This document shows positions 63,039 to 64,000 of a stretch of 64,000 nucleotides of DNA, in pieces; the stretch's first letter is position 1; each line of letters begins with the position of its first letter. The DNA comes from an uncultured delta proteobacterium (GTDB lineage Bacteria; Desulfobacterota; Binatia; UBA9968). The stretch is from NCBI GenBank assembly GCA_963840855.1, contig CAWJBB010000058.1, forward strand, positions 42,057-106,056, written 5' to 3'. Under the pieces are notes generated by a model that saw only the letters and a program-made list of their open reading frames with translations, did no database searches and was not told the origin of the DNA. The translations under genes were made by a program, and so were the position numbers.

Positions 63039-64000
63039 CTATTTCCCATACACCCGGTCGATGAATCCTTCTTTTTCCAGCTCGCGCACGATGCTGTCAT
63101 CGATCAAACTATCCACCGTGACTTTGCTCCCGGGCGCCTGTTTCAACGCATCGTCGAGCTGAATTTTCATCCCTTCGCGAGTCGTGTAGGGAACCCGCTC
63201 CAGGGTCTTGGCGGTGGACTCGTAGGAACTATCCAGATAAGCCTTGTTCGCTCCACGCTGGTATTTAGCGACGATCCGTTGCGCTCCCTCTTTGTTGGTC
63301 TTGAAATAATGCGACGCTTCAATCAGCGCCATCACGACTCTCTTGACGACGGAGCGATTTTTGGCCAAGTAGCTTTTGGTTGTCACCGCGCATATAAACG
63401 GCAAGGGATAGGGCTTTTTGAGATCGGCCATGTCCGCGAGAACTCGGTGTGGGAGTCCTCCGGGAATCAAGTGCACGTTTCCGGGCGGTGATGGGAACCC
63501 GGCGATCACGCCGCGGCTAAAACCCGCGGCTCGCTCCGAGGCGCCTCCCACTTGCAATATTTTCACGTCATCCATGGGCCGCAATCCCAGCCCTTTCAAT
63601 AGCTCCCGCGCGGCCACGTCCGACGCGCTGCCGAAGCGGCTGATGCCGATCGACTTTCCTTTCAAATCCTCGGCAGTCTTGATGCTCTCAAGTACGACAA
63701 GCTCGTAAGCCAAAACATTGATCACGCAGGCTACGCTTACGGTATCGGCGCCACGGACAGCAGCGTTGGCAACCCCGCTGCCCGCCGCGTTGCCAACCTG
63801 AATATCCTGGGCGACAATGGCCGCGACGCCGATCGTCGTGCTGCCAATGTAAACCAGATCCACGTCCAAACCATGCTTTTTGTAGAAACCGGCCTCCTGA
63901 GCGATGGTCCAGATCTGATTCAGCGTGTCCGTCGAGCTGTAGGCGATTTTAATTTTGTCCTGGGCTTGCGCGTCACCCGATGAGATGGCGATGAATAAGA
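63039..64000 (-). CDS. ABC transporter substrate-binding protein (NMT1/SsuA-like), 5' end outside window
   Basis: KIAYSS...GFYKKHGLDV, DLKGKSIGISRFGS. Confidence 0.85.
   Translation of the reverse strand, partial: LFIAISSGDAQAQDKIKIAYSSTDTLNQIWTIAQEAGFYKKHGLDVDLVYIGSTTIGVAAIVAQDIQVGNAAGSGVANAAVRGADTVSVACVINVLAYELVVLESIKTAEDLKGKSIGISRFGSASDVAARELLKGLGLRPMDDVKILQVGGASERAAGFSRGVIAGFPSPPGNVHLIPGGLPHRVLADMADLKKPYPLPFICAVTTKSYLAKNRSVVKRVVMALIEASHYFKTNKEGAQRIVAKYQRGANKAYLDSSYESTAKTLERVPYTTREGMKIQLDDALKQAPGSKVTVDSLIDDSIVRELEKEGFIDRVYGK

Overview
GC-rich (roughly 58% by eye) bacterial chromosomal window. Its gene content (several NMT1/SsuA-type and TctC-like binding proteins, a Rieske oxygenase, multi-GAF kinases) resembles soil Deltaproteobacteria/Candidatus Binatia; this is inference only. 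Main blocks: (i) catabolic and transport genes, including a CoA-binding protein whose conserved C-terminal Cys codon is an in-frame TGA followed by a SECIS-like hairpin (candidate selenoprotein), and a pstSCAB-like operon ending in phosphonoacetate hydrolase with a Pho-box-like site upstream; (ii) an ~11-kb integron-type cassette array (15967-27054, ~14 cassettes, attC sites with matching R'/R'' ends) with no integrase in the window, carrying defence-like, toxin-antitoxin and redox/detox cassettes; (iii) an intact IS21-family element with a 6-bp target duplication; (iv) two orphan cytoplasmic histidine kinases built from 6 and 9 shuffled GAF modules; (v) a PKD/CARDB surface protein; (vi) a sigma54-preceded circularly permuted ATP-grasp/alpha-E/transglutaminase cluster next to a trypsin-like protease; (vii) many small intergenic repeats, including inverted heptamer arrays, one pair of which brackets a four-helix-bundle gene. 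Several single-base frameshifts, often in homopolymers, suggest long-read assembly errors. No rRNA, tRNA or CRISPR array was seen.
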